DNA from: an uncultured bacterium
GTDB lineage: Bacteria > Patescibacteriota > Minisyncoccia > Phycocordibacterales > CAINVO01
Reading direction: 5' to 3'
Length of the DNA: 50,003 bases
Assembly (NCBI GenBank): GCA_903854195.1
Contig: CAINVO010000034.1
Span: forward strand, 1-50,003
The notes beneath the pieces are model-generated. The model was not told where the DNA came from, ran no database searches, and saw nothing but the letters and a program-made list of their open reading frames with translations. Positions 39,663-49,975 of the stretch are shown here, one piece after another; position 1 is the first letter of the stretch, and each line of letters starts with the position of its first letter. The translations under genes were made by a program, and so were the position numbers.

Positions 39663-40691
39663 TTACACTAATTTTCCAGCCTCGATAACATGATCTACTA
39701 GAGCATTTGTATATCCCATTTCGTTGTCATACCATGCACAAACTTTTACCAAGTTTCCGTCTATTACTTTTGTAAGTCCTAAATCTGCAATAGACGCATG
39801 AAAATCTCCCACAATATCAGATGAAACTATTGGATCCTCTGTTACTGTGAAAACTTTTTTCCATCTTTCATCACCCGCAGCTTTTTTCAACAAACTATTT
39901 ACCTCTTCTACTGTTGTGTTTCGTTTTGAAATAAAAGTCACATCAGCAATGGATCCAGAAATAACAGGCACACGCATAGAAATACCATCAAATTTTCCAA
40001 TCATTTGCGGAAGAGCCTTGCCAACAGCAATAGCAGCACCTGTAGTTGTTGGGACAATATTGTGTGCAGCGGCGCGACCTTCTTTAAAATCCTTTTTATT
40101 TGGACCGTCAACAATACTCTGACTTGCAGTGTAACCATGCACTGTATTTAATACAGCTTTTTCTATACCAATTGATTCATCCAAAATAGCAATTAAAGGA
40201 CTTGCTGCATTAGTTGTACAAGAAGCATTTGAAGTAATGACACATGTTTTTATAGCATCATCATTTATACCCAAAAGCACGGTTGCGGCCTGTACTGCAT
40301 CTAGTGCGTCTTTCACAGGGGCAGAAATAACAACTCTCTTTGCACCAGCTTTTATATGTGCCTCTGATTTTTCATAACTAGTAAAAAGTCCAGTAGACTC
40401 AACAACAACGTCTACGCCGAGTAGACCCCATGGGAGATTTGCGGGATCTTTTTCAGAAACATATTGAATATTTTTTCCGTTTATAATTAGGCTTTTACTA
40501 TCGTCGCTGACAGTTACATCCAAACCGCTTCGCCCATACGCACTATCATATTTTAAAAGATATGCGATATTTTTAATATCTCCAAGATCATTTATTGCCA
40601 CTATTTCAAGTTCGGGTTTATTTTGAGCTACTTTTAGAAATGCTCGACCGATTCGGCCTGCACCGTTTATTGCGATTTTTGTTGTTTTCAT
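39663..40691 (-). CDS. gap: Glyceraldehyde-3-phosphate dehydrogenase (type I)
   Basis: INGAGRIGR, SNASCTTN, WYDNE; start reset to ATG 40691. Confidence 0.97.
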   Translation of the reverse strand: MKTTKIAINGAGRIGRAFLKVAQNKPELEIVAINDLGDIKNIAYLLKYDSAYGRSGLDVTVSDDSKSLIINGKNIQYVSEKDPANLPWGLLGVDVVVESTGLFTSYEKSEAHIKAGAKRVVISAPVKDALDAVQAATVLLGINDDAIKTCVITSNASCTTNAASPLIAILDESIGIEKAVLNTVHGYTASQSIVDGPNKKDFKEGRAAAHNIVPTTTGAAIAVGKALPQMIGKFDGISMRVPVISGSIADVTFISKRNTTVEEVNSLLKKAAGDERWKKVFTVTEDPIVSSDIVGDFHASIADLGLTKVIDGNLVKVCAWYDNEMGYTNALVDHVIEAGKLV

Positions 40692-40783
40692 GCGGTCATT
40701 ATAGCAAAAGGTCTGAATCAAAACTACATCAAAACATTACAGAGCGGCAGACAGAATTGTAGAGTAAATTGCAGGCCAATTTG

Positions 40784-42310
40784 TTAGCCAATTATCTCTA
40801 AAATAGTGTTCCTAATAAGCTCTGGATTTGCAGAGCCTTTCGTTGCTTTCATCGCCTGGCCGACAAAAAACTGTAAGGCTGTTTGCTTTCCATTTTTATA
40901 GTCTTCTACCACTGACTGATTTGCTGCGATTATTTCAGACAAAATTCTCTTCAACTCTTCTGGATCATTTTTCTGAATAAGACCATTACTCATTGCTACA
41001 GATTTTGCAGATGTGGAAATATTACCAGCAAGACCGTCTGTAAAAATGATTGCGAGGGTATCTTTAGCTCCTCTAGATGAGACCTCAGAATTTTTTATCA
41101 TCATAATTAGTTCAGCAAAAGCCTCAGGAGAAACTGGTATTTTTTCCAAGATACTATCAGTTTTTTTAATAAGACCGGCTAGATCTGAAGTGATGTAATT
41201 AATTGCAAGCTTTATTGTTTCAACATTTTCTGTCCCAATTTTTGACACGACTGATTCAAAAAACTCTCTCATCAAAGATTGCTGTACAAACATTTCAGCA
41301 TCTTCATCTTTCATACCAAAATCTTTTTTATATCTATCTCTTTTTTGCCATGGAAGTTCTGGGAGTTCAGCATAAAGTGAATCACGAGAAAATTCAGGAA
41401 TTTCACTTAACTTTAATTTTGGAAGATCGGGATCCGGAAAATATCGGTAATCATTTGAATCTTCCTTTACTCTTTGTGAGAAAGTTTTTTGTTTTGTTTC
41501 GTCCCAACCTCTTGTTTCCTGAATGATTTTTTCAGTAGTATTTCCAATCTCCGTAGCTTCTAAAATATCTATATGACGAGCTATTTCATAGGCAATAGCT
41601 CTTTCAACCGCTCGAAAGGAATTCAGGTTTTTAACTTCAACTTTTGTACCAAATTTTAATTTACCTTCTGGAGTTTTTGAATCGGCTCTTGAAACAGAAA
41701 TATTGGCCTCTACTCTCATTTCACCCTTCTCCATATTAGCCTCACCAGCACCAAGGTATCTTAAAAGTGTTTGGAGTTCCTTTGCAAAAGTTACAGCTTG
41801 TTCTGCACTGTGAATTACAGGTTCAGTTACAAGTTCCATCAATGGAAGTCCTGCACGATTGAAATCAACGAGAGAATATTTATCTGCATTAGCATCTACT
41901 GACTTAGTTGCATCATGTGAAGATTTTGCAGTATCTTCTTCGAGATGAACACGAGTTAATTCGACACCTGAAATTAACCCTCCAGAAACTAATGGATATT
42001 TAAACTGACTAATTTGATACCCTTTTGGAATATCAGGGTAGAAATAATTTTTTCGATCAAATTCAGTATAATCTGCAAGGTTTCCCTGTGCAGCAACCCC
42101 CATTTTTAGGACGTGTTTAACCGCCTGTTTGTTTATAACGGGAAGAGTTCCGGGATGCCCCATACAAACTGGGCAAATATTGTGGTTTGGGTTAACTTCA
42201 TCTGTATTGTTTACACACCCACAGAACATTTTTGTACGGGTATTAAGCTCAGCATGTATTTCTAACCCGATTATTGGAATATATTTTTTATTTACTTCGT
42301 CGTTTGTCAT
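40784..42310 (-). CDS. gatB: Asp/Glu-tRNA amidotransferase subunit B
   Basis: IGLEIH, FDRKNYFYPD.PKGYQISQ, EVKNLNS, DYRYFPDPDLP. Confidence 0.98.
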   Translation of the reverse strand: MTNDEVNKKYIPIIGLEIHAELNTRTKMFCGCVNNTDEVNPNHNICPVCMGHPGTLPVINKQAVKHVLKMGVAAQGNLADYTEFDRKNYFYPDIPKGYQISQFKYPLVSGGLISGVELTRVHLEEDTAKSSHDATKSVDANADKYSLVDFNRAGLPLMELVTEPVIHSAEQAVTFAKELQTLLRYLGAGEANMEKGEMRVEANISVSRADSKTPEGKLKFGTKVEVKNLNSFRAVERAIAYEIARHIDILEATEIGNTTEKIIQETRGWDETKQKTFSQRVKEDSNDYRYFPDPDLPKLKLSEIPEFSRDSLYAELPELPWQKRDRYKKDFGMKDEDAEMFVQQSLMREFFESVVSKIGTENVETIKLAINYITSDLAGLIKKTDSILEKIPVSPEAFAELIMMIKNSEVSSRGAKDTLAIIFTDGLAGNISTSAKSVAMSNGLIQKNDPEELKRILSEIIAANQSVVEDYKNGKQTALQFFVGQAMKATKGSANPELIRNTILEIIG

Positions 42311-42315
42311 TTTGT

Positions 42316-43335
42316 CTATTCTAAATCAAGTTTGTCATTTCGTAAAATCTTGACCAACTCATCAATCAAAGCCTTTATTTCCTTATCATCCAAAATAGAT
42401 ACTGATAGACAATCCTTTTGCAGAGCTTTTGGCAATTCTTTAATTTTTGCCTTAATTTCTTTTGGATCTGAAAGTGTGTCAGTCTTTGTTAAAATAATTA
42501 TTTCTTTTTTATCAGCAAGAGTTGGATCAAATTTTTCAAGTTCATCTCTTACCGTCTTATAAACTTCTCCAAGATTTTCATTTTCAAGAGAAATACAATG
42601 CAGAAGCGCACGTGTTCGTCTAATATGTTTTAAAAACTTATGTCCCAAGCCCTTTCCTTCTGAAGCTCCTTCAATAAGACCGGGAATATCTGCAATAACA
42701 AACTCCTGCAAAGCACCGAGGTTTGGTTCAAGAGTTGTAAACTGATAGCTACCTATTTTTGCCTGAGCATTTGTTAGTGAATTCAATAGTGAAGACTTTC
42801 CAGCATTTGGAAGACCGATAAGGCCAGCAGCTGCAATAAGCTCAATCTCAATGTGAAAATCTGCCTTTTCACTCTCACGCCCAAGAGTACACTCCATAGG
42901 CTTTACATTTGTGGAGGCTTTAAAGTGTTCATTACCGAAACCACCTCTACCCCCTTTTAAGATCAACTTTTCTTCTCCAACTTTTTCAAGTGAAATTTTT
43001 ATCTCAGCAGAAGTTGTATTGTCCTCTGCGATTGGTGACATGTTTGTGATAATACTTCCGACAGGTAAATTAATATAAAGGTCTTCACCATTTTTTCCGT
43101 GCATACTTCTCTTTGCTCCGTCTTCACCTCTTTCGGCAAGAAATTCTTTTTTGTGTCGATAATGAGCAAGCAAGTTTAAATCGCCCACGGCACGTACATA
43201 TACATCACCTCCATTTCCTCCATCCCCACCAGCAGGACCCATAAATTCTCTTCCTTTTTCATGAAGCCAACGAACAACACCGTCACCTCCTCGGCCAGCT
43301 TCTGCATGAAAATTTAGTTCGTCTATAAATGCCAT
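42316..43335 (-). CDS. obgE: GTPase Obg
   Basis: Gly-rich Obg fold, GLPNAGKS, FTTLEP, DIPGLIEGA. Confidence 0.96.
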   Translation of the reverse strand: MAFIDELNFHAEAGRGGDGVVRWLHEKGREFMGPAGGDGGNGGDVYVRAVGDLNLLAHYRHKKEFLAERGEDGAKRSMHGKNGEDLYINLPVGSIITNMSPIAEDNTTSAEIKISLEKVGEEKLILKGGRGGFGNEHFKASTNVKPMECTLGRESEKADFHIEIELIAAAGLIGLPNAGKSSLLNSLTNAQAKIGSYQFTTLEPNLGALQEFVIADIPGLIEGASEGKGLGHKFLKHIRRTRALLHCISLENENLGEVYKTVRDELEKFDPTLADKKEIIILTKTDTLSDPKEIKAKIKELPKALQKDCLSVSILDDKEIKALIDELVKILRNDKLDLE

Positions 43336-43380
43336 TTTGTTTTAATTATTAGTTATATTCTATTTAAAAGTATCTCCAGC

Positions 43381-44364
43381 TTATCGAGGTTTCTGTGGTC
43401 CAGAGTCAAGGGCAATTTTAACCATATCCAGAGCCCCTTTTTTGCTTTTGGCGGCTATAAAATGAGTACCATTGTGACAAAATACTGCATCAACTACCCC
43501 GCTTTCCTTAACGATTTCACCATCAGTCTTTCCAGCCCAACTTTTAGGAAAATATGCTCGTCGCTCGAAAGGGTCTTTAGTTGATTCGGTATCTATTCCT
43601 TCAGCTGCCCAACCTCCGTCAGACCTCTTGTATACCACAAAAAGCGGTTCTAGAAAATGCTTAGCAGAAAATGATATATGGGTGGGTAAAACAATTACTC
43701 TCGGATCTTCACCTTTTGAAATTTGTTTTGCATAAATTTTTTCAAAGTTTTTCTGATCATTGACCTTTTTCTTTCTTTTTTGGATCTCGCACTGCAATAT
43801 TTCTTGTGCTACTTCCACTGCCTTCAGAAAAACTTTGTCACTATCTACAGGATCATTTTTTGCCAAAATATTCATTGCAGAAATAACATTAAAAACTGTA
43901 TATGGCTCATACCCCTCAAATATAGACTTGGTAAAAACAATACCGTTATCTGTTGCATCAATATACGCAATCAAAACCTTATCTATAGCTTCAGCCACCT
44001 TTTCGGAACCTGTAATTTTTTTGCCGTATTTTTTCCAAACTAAACCAAAAGAGGCGTATGGTATAGAATTTTCTCTTTTACCAGCACCACCTTTTTGGTG
44101 ATGATCGAAACGTTCCTTATTGGCATTATATTGATATCCAACATCCACAACATAATCACCCGTATTTATTATCTCTTCATCTCTAGTTCTAATTATTTTT
44201 ATATTTGTGTCACTACTTACAATTGTCTTTGTAATCCCACCTTTTTCGATATTTTTAAAAACTTTTTTTTCCAAAAGAATTCTCAAGGTTGCAACAGCAA
44301 AAACATCATCAGCGTGGAAAATTCCGTTATGAGTAATTATCGATATTGTTTTATTTTTTTTCAT
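43381..44364 (-). CDS. MYG1-family (DHH-like) nuclease
   Basis: THNG.FHADD, DVG..Y, FDHHQ, VFCH. Confidence 0.92.
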   Translation of the reverse strand: MKKNKTISIITHNGIFHADDVFAVATLRILLEKKVFKNIEKGGITKTIVSSDTNIKIIRTRDEEIINTGDYVVDVGYQYNANKERFDHHQKGGAGKRENSIPYASFGLVWKKYGKKITGSEKVAEAIDKVLIAYIDATDNGIVFTKSIFEGYEPYTVFNVISAMNILAKNDPVDSDKVFLKAVEVAQEILQCEIQKRKKKVNDQKNFEKIYAKQISKGEDPRVIVLPTHISFSAKHFLEPLFVVYKRSDGGWAAEGIDTESTKDPFERRAYFPKSWAGKTDGEIVKESGVVDAVFCHNGTHFIAAKSKKGALDMVKIALDSGPQKPR

Positions 44365-44415
44365 ATTAAGTTTTCGAGAAATTTTCTGTAAAAAGCATAC
44401 TTTCTTTTACAAAAA

Positions 44416-44685
44416 CTACAAACCAAGGTTAGACAGGTTTGTAAGACTTGATGAAGCGTTCGTTAGGCTGTCAATTGACCCTCCACCCCCATAAATACTT
44501 AGGAATGACGGCATAACAAAAATCAAACCAATGAGAGGTAAAACAAAAAGCACAACTGTGATAATAAATGTCCACAAAAAATATTTTCGAGTTTTTTCAA
44601 CAGAAACATATATAGCATCAATCTTAAATTGTTGACTTTCTATTTTTTGTTTTAGATCAATGACTTCTTTTTCTAAGTTATCCAT
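44416..44685 (-). CDS. Small membrane protein
   Basis: N-terminal coiled coil then one long hydrophobic segment. Confidence 0.75.
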   Translation of the reverse strand: MDNLEKEVIDLKQKIESQQFKIDAIYVSVEKTRKYFLWTFIITVVLFVLPLIGLIFVMPSFLSIYGGGGSIDSLTNASSSLTNLSNLGL

Positions 44686-44762
44686 ATTTTTAGGCTTATA
44701 TTAAGGTTATTTGATACTTACTTTGATTATTATAGCACACAAGAAAAATGACTTTTTGGCGA

Positions 44763-45518
44763 CTATTTAAAGAATTCCCTTCGAACTTTCATTACCTCCT
44801 CATGAAATCCTGGACCCTGCTCTCGTCGTGGATATGGAAGATCAACAGAAAATGAAGCATCTAGTGTATGATTTTTAATTAAAAAAACTTTTTGTGACAA
44901 CGACACGGCTTCCTCAATTAAATGCGAAACCATGACGATAGTTTTTTTACTTTCGTGCCATATTTTAATAATATCGTTGTGGAGTTCATCAGTAGTTTTT
45001 GCATCAAGTGCAGAAAAGGGCTCATCAAGAAGTAGAACTTCTGGGTCTACCGCAAGGGCTCTAGCAATACCAACTCTTTGTCTTTGCCCACCAGAAAGCT
45101 CATGTGGGTATTTTTTTGAAAATTCTGAAAGCTTCATCATCTCCAGCATCTCTTTAACTTTTTTATCAATACTTTTTTCATCATAAAAATTTTTTTGAAA
45201 GTTTATAGCATTATTCAAATCACCAGAAACCATTCTTGCTCGCATACTAAAAGCCACATTGTCATAGACGGTAAGCCATGGGAAAAGAGCACCATTTTGA
45301 AAATCCATCGAGACAGCATCGGGTTTTACAACCTCTCCGCTTGTTTCCTTTTCTAGTCCGGCAATCATTTTTAAAATTGTAGACTTTCCACCACCAGAAG
45401 GCCCTATAAGACATGCAAATTCCCCAGGAAAAATATCCAGTGAAACCCCCTCTATCGCCATTTCGTGAGGGTCATCATAAATCTTTGTTACATTTTTTAG
45501 TGAAATTATTGGATTCAT
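44763..45518 (-). CDS. ABC transporter ATP-binding protein (NitT/TauT-like)
   Basis: GPSGGGKST, LSGGQRQR, LLLDEPFSALD, VSH..EEAV. Confidence 0.93.
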   Translation of the reverse strand: MNPIISLKNVTKIYDDPHEMAIEGVSLDIFPGEFACLIGPSGGGKSTILKMIAGLEKETSGEVVKPDAVSMDFQNGALFPWLTVYDNVAFSMRARMVSGDLNNAINFQKNFYDEKSIDKKVKEMLEMMKLSEFSKKYPHELSGGQRQRVGIARALAVDPEVLLLDEPFSALDAKTTDELHNDIIKIWHESKKTIVMVSHLIEEAVSLSQKVFLIKNHTLDASFSVDLPYPRREQGPGFHEEVMKVRREFFK

Positions 45519-45527
45519 TTTTTTATA

Positions 45528-46379
45528 TTAATCAAATTTAAATCTTTCAGCATATCTCAATAGTTTTTGCCAAACAAAGAAATTAAGCAAGGCTATAACT
45601 AGGACCATAGAAAGTAAAGCAAAAATAAATAAATCATTTTGACCCTTAGCTGCAGCATTTACCAAAATACTTCCTACACCAAAAAGATCCTGTGCGGCTG
45701 TTCCATTTGGAATATACACATGCAAAACCTCAGCTACTATAATAATATTCCAACCTTGTGCCACAGCAAGAAGCGAACCCGTCACAAGTTGTGGAACAAT
45801 TGATGGCAAAATGACTTTAAAAAAAGTTTGCACCTTTGATAACCCAAAAATTACTGCAACTTCTTTAATATCCTTTGGAATAATCTTTAAACCTCCAATC
45901 AATGTAAAAACTATATTCCACAACATACTCAAATATAAAATAAAAAGTGCAGCACCATTTAAGAAACCAATGGAAACAAAAAAAACAATGAGGATCGGGA
46001 AAAATGCCAGTATCGGAATAGACTCTAAAATATCAAAGGCTGGTAAGAAAATTTTCTCAGTAAAACGACTTCTTGTTGCCAAAAGGGCCAATGGAATCGC
46101 TGTAACGATAGACAAAATAAAGGCCACAAGAAGTCTTAATGAGGTTGCAAGTAAGGCAGAAAAAATTAAACCTAAAGGTAGAGGCGTAATATCATCAAGA
46201 CTAATGGTAGAATTTGAAAATAATTTTAATAAAATAAAAAGTCCAGCCACAAAAACTACTGGCCCGAGAACAAAAGAATAAAATCTCTCCCATAAGGAAA
46301 TAGGATATGTTATCACCACATGTCTATGAAAACGACGGTGAACAGGTTGATGATTTACTTTTGGAAAGATTTTTGTCAT
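45528..46379 (-). CDS. ABC transporter permease (NitT/TauT-like)
   Basis: Multiple TM helices, EAA-like loop, W...IVAE. Confidence 0.88.
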   Translation of the reverse strand: MTKIFPKVNHQPVHRRFHRHVVITYPISLWERFYSFVLGPVVFVAGLFILLKLFSNSTISLDDITPLPLGLIFSALLATSLRLLVAFILSIVTAIPLALLATRSRFTEKIFLPAFDILESIPILAFFPILIVFFVSIGFLNGAALFILYLSMLWNIVFTLIGGLKIIPKDIKEVAVIFGLSKVQTFFKVILPSIVPQLVTGSLLAVAQGWNIIIVAEVLHVYIPNGTAAQDLFGVGSILVNAAAKGQNDLFIFALLSMVLVIALLNFFVWQKLLRYAERFKFD

Positions 46380-46406
46380 TAAAAATAAATTAAAAGTTTT
46401 ATATAT

Positions 46407-46808
46407 TTACTTTGTTAAAATAATTTCTTTTTTAATTTCATCAAGTTCACTCTTTATATCATGCATCTCATTTTGAACTTCCCGTAAAACATCTTCCTCA
46501 CCCTTAACATCATCTTCTGTTTTCTCAATTAACTTTTTCTCCTTACGTAAACCAGACATTAAAATAACATCTCCCACAAAAAAAGATACAAAAAGACCAG
46601 TTACCAATAGAACGGCCACGCTCACAAAAACAGAAACAAAACCATTACTCAAAAAAGGTGTTTCGTCGGCTAATACCCATATTCCACGCCAAAAAAGCAC
46701 AATAGCAATTCCTGATATAAAACTATACAAAATAGGGTGAAGACTCAAATATTCTCTAACATGATCTTCAAGCTTATCAAAAAAATGAAAAATTTTTTTA
46801 CCAAACAT
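46407..46808 (-). CDS. Small membrane protein with C-terminal coiled coil
   Basis: Two TM helices (IVLFWRGIW), charged tail. Confidence 0.75.
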   Translation of the reverse strand: MFGKKIFHFFDKLEDHVREYLSLHPILYSFISGIAIVLFWRGIWVLADETPFLSNGFVSVFVSVAVLLVTGLFVSFFVGDVILMSGLRKEKKLIEKTEDDVKGEEDVLREVQNEMHDIKSELDEIKKEIILTK

Positions 46809-46868
46809 ATATCAATTATAACCTTTAAAACAGGCTTAGACTAGCGACAGTAAGAAAATTTCTTTTGA

Positions 46869-49535
46869 TTAAGAATTAGCTCCGTGACATTTTTTGTATT
46901 TTTTTCCACTTCCACAAGGACATGGATCATTTCGTCCAGCAGACTGATTTGTTGCACCTACACTAGCACCTCCAGTGACACCTAGTACTCCAGATGCCTC
47001 ACCAGGACCACTTGGACCAAGTTCTATGGTTTGAATTTTAGGACCGAGAGTTATATTCCCGACAATATTTGGAATTGTATTTAATATCTGGTATGAAATA
47101 GCACTTTCCATTTCCTTGAACAAACGTAGACCTTCTTTTTTATACTCAACAAGAGGATCTCTTTGTCCATACGCGCGAAGATTCACACTACTTCTCATAT
47201 ATTCCATCATCTCAAGATGATCAACCCAGAGAAGATCTATGGTTTGCAATATTAATGCCTTGATAGAACCATAAAAATGTTCCTCACCTAGTTCTTTTTT
47301 CTTTTCTTCTATTTTTTCTTTTATTTGTTTTTCACCACTTATATTTTCAATATTGGTGTCAAATTTATTATCACTTGTACCATTTGAAAAAGTTACGATA
47401 TTTCCAATATTTGCGTCTGCAGACATCTTTGAAAGTTCTGCATCAATATCCTCTACCCCGCCACAAAGAATTGCTCTGCGACGCTTGTAGATAATAATAC
47501 GATGATAATTTAGGACATCATCATATTCGAGTACATTTTTTCGTGCATCAAAGTTGAAACCTTCAATCTTACTCTGAGCAGTTTCTAGGGAACGAGTAAT
47601 CAAACTATTTTCTATTGGTTGATCTTCAGGAATATTAAATCTACCCATCATTCTTTTAATAATGTCCGTAGCAAAAATTCTCATCAAGTTGTCCTCAAGA
47701 GAAACAAAAAACTGAGTTTCGCCAGGATCTCCTTGACGTCCTGATCTTCCGCGAAGCTGGTTGTCTATGCGGCGCGCTTCGTGGCGTTCGGTACCGATAA
47801 CATACAAGCCGCCAAGTGAGCGAATCTCCTCAGACTCCTCCGCTCCAGAAAGCGCGCCGCCAAGCTTGATATCAACTCCTCGCCCTGCCATATTGGTTGC
47901 AATAGTTACTGCACCTTTTTTACCTGCGTTTGCAACGATCTCACCTTCTCTTTCAGCAAACTGAGGTTTGGCATTTAGAATTTGATGCTTTACCCCCTCC
48001 TGTGCCAAATAATCAGATAGAAGTTGGTTTTTTTCAATAGAAACAGTACCAACAAGAACAGGTTGACCATTTACATTCACCTCTTTAATACGTTTTGCTA
48101 TAGCCATGAACTTTCCCTTCTCAGTTTGAAAAATGAGATCATTTTTATCAATACGAGAAACGGGCTTGTTTGTAGGAATCTCAACAACATCTAATCCGTA
48201 TACTTTATAAAATTCTTCAGCATTTGTTGAAGCGGTACCTGTCATACCTGACAGTTTTCCATACATACGAAAATAATTCTGGAAAGTAATAGAAGCATAA
48301 GTGCGTGACTCTTTCTGAACACGAACACCCTCTTTTGCTTCCATTGCTTGATGCAGACCTTCTGACCAACGACGTCCTGGCTGTAAACGTCCCGTGAATT
48401 CATCCACAATAATAACTTCCCCATCTTTAACAATATATTCCTTTTCTTTATGATAAAGAGCCTTGGCACGTACAGCTGTTTCGAGATGATGTACATACTT
48501 CATGCCTTTTTCCGTATAAATATTTTCTATATTTAATGTTTTCTCAGCAAGATTGATACCTTCTGGTGTAAGAGTTGCACTGTGCATTTTTTCATCTACC
48601 TCAAAATGTTTCTCTTTTTCCATTCTGTCAGCAATTTTTGCAAAAATGCCATATAGATCTTCAGACTCAGTTGTCGGCATAGAAATAATAAGCGGTGTGC
48701 GAGCCTCATCAATTAAAATAGAATCTATCTCATCTACAATTGCATAATTATATCCTCGTTGTCGAAGATCATCTTTTCTTTGTTCAATATTATCTCTAAG
48801 ATAATCAAATCCGAATTCATTATTTGTTCCATATGTGATATCTGCCAAATATGCTTCTGGACGAGTACATGGTCTCAAAAATTCATAACCAACCCTAAAT
48901 GCACCTTCTAAAGCAGCTTCCTCAATTTTTTCTTTTTCTTCATCACTTTTATTTTTGTCATCTAAACCATTTTCCACACTACCTTTATGACTTGGATCAT
49001 ACATAAAAGAAGTTTCGTGATTAATTACTGACACACTGAGACCTAACGCAGAATAAACTCTTCCCATCCAAGTTGCATCACGACGTGACAAATAATCATT
49101 CACAGTAACAATATGAACACCCTTTCCAGTTAAAGCATTTAAATATGCTGGCAAAGTTGCTACCAATGTTTTTCCTTCACCAGTTTTCATTTCTGAAATA
49201 TTTCCTCTGTGCATAATAGCCCCACCAATAAGCTGGACATCAAAATGTCTTTGTCCGAGTGTGCGCTTTGCAGCCTCACGAACTGCAGCAAAAGCTTCTG
49301 GTAAAATATCCTCTAGCGTTTCAATTTTATTTAAAGTATCAGACAGATCTGACATATCTGTATTGTTTTCCAAAACTCCCAAACGTTTTCTAAAATCAGC
49401 GGTAACATTTAAAAGCTCCGTATCAGTCATAGCCGCAAAACGTGGCTCTATAGCGTTGATTTTCTCAACCAGTGGTGAATATTCTTTTAATGCCCTTGCG
49501 GACGATGATCCAAAAATTTTATTTAAAAATGACAT
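46869..49535 (-). CDS. secA: Preprotein translocase SecA with SEC-C motif
   Basis: MKTGEGKT, DEIDSILIDEARTPLIIS, QLRGRSGRQGDPG, GRNDPCPCGSGKKYKKCH; start reset to ATG 49535. Confidence 0.98.
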   Translation of the reverse strand: MSFLNKIFGSSSARALKEYSPLVEKINAIEPRFAAMTDTELLNVTADFRKRLGVLENNTDMSDLSDTLNKIETLEDILPEAFAAVREAAKRTLGQRHFDVQLIGGAIMHRGNISEMKTGEGKTLVATLPAYLNALTGKGVHIVTVNDYLSRRDATWMGRVYSALGLSVSVINHETSFMYDPSHKGSVENGLDDKNKSDEEKEKIEEAALEGAFRVGYEFLRPCTRPEAYLADITYGTNNEFGFDYLRDNIEQRKDDLRQRGYNYAIVDEIDSILIDEARTPLIISMPTTESEDLYGIFAKIADRMEKEKHFEVDEKMHSATLTPEGINLAEKTLNIENIYTEKGMKYVHHLETAVRAKALYHKEKEYIVKDGEVIIVDEFTGRLQPGRRWSEGLHQAMEAKEGVRVQKESRTYASITFQNYFRMYGKLSGMTGTASTNAEEFYKVYGLDVVEIPTNKPVSRIDKNDLIFQTEKGKFMAIAKRIKEVNVNGQPVLVGTVSIEKNQLLSDYLAQEGVKHQILNAKPQFAEREGEIVANAGKKGAVTIATNMAGRGVDIKLGGALSGAEESEEIRSLGGLYVIGTERHEARRIDNQLRGRSGRQGDPGETQFFVSLEDNLMRIFATDIIKRMMGRFNIPEDQPIENSLITRSLETAQSKIEGFNFDARKNVLEYDDVLNYHRIIIYKRRRAILCGGVEDIDAELSKMSADANIGNIVTFSNGTSDNKFDTNIENISGEKQIKEKIEEKKKELGEEHFYGSIKALILQTIDLLWVDHLEMMEYMRSSVNLRAYGQRDPLVEYKKEGLRLFKEMESAISYQILNTIPNIVGNITLGPKIQTIELGPSGPGEASGVLGVTGGASVGATNQSAGRNDPCPCGSGKKYKKCHGANS

Positions 49536-49627
49536 AAAACACACTATATCATAAAAGTGCCCATATTTCAGCCCCTTGTTTCCCAAATATAAGTATAAAA
49601 AACAAACAATTTATTAAAAATTTTACA

Positions 49628-49661
49628 AGTAAAAACCCCGCACAAGTGCGGGGTTTTTACT
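49628..49661 (-). terminator. Intrinsic terminator after Lys-rich peptide gene
   Basis: AGTAAAAACCCCGCAC-AA-GTGCGGGGTTTTTACT. Confidence 0.85.
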
Positions 49662-49675
49662 AAGCGGGAAGAAAA

Positions 49676-49786
49676 TTATTTCTTACCTTTTTTTGCTTTA
49701 GCTTTCTTTACTGGCTTCTTTGCCTTTACTGCTTTCTTTACTGGCTTCTTTGCCTTTACTACCTTCTTTGTTTTTTTAACTGCCAT
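49676..49786 (-). CDS. 36-aa Lys-rich, histone-H1-tail-like peptide (not in ORF track)
   Basis: MAVKKTKKVVKAKKPVKKAVKAKKPVKKAKAKKGKK*, ATG to TAA, followed by a terminator; exact 30-nt tandem repeat at 49701-49760. Confidence 0.8.
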   Translation of the reverse strand: MAVKKTKKVVKAKKPVKKAVKAKKPVKKAKAKKGKK

Positions 49787-49966
49787 ATTATTATGAAAAT
49801 ATTATTTTTAAAAGTTTTTTTACAACGACGCGACCGACTTTCAAAAATATTTTTAAATTTGCAAAAGCTTTTTTAAAAATATTTTCTATTTGTCTTTGTC
49901 ATCGCAAAAACTTATCTTAATTATCATGCATTTGAAAACAATGCACAAGATTTTTTTTAAAAAAAG

Positions 49967-49975
49967 TGTGGATAA
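49967..49975 (-). promoter_or_regulatory. Single consensus DnaA box
   Basis: TGTGGATAA = reverse complement of TTATCCACA, in AT-rich intergenic DNA. Confidence 0.45.

Noticed and set aside
549-49554. Many short ORFs antisense to or overlapping core genes (e.g. 549..899, 1748..2023, 16711..17175, 45811..46281)
   Set aside because: Shadow frames of well-supported genes with no independent motifs or signals
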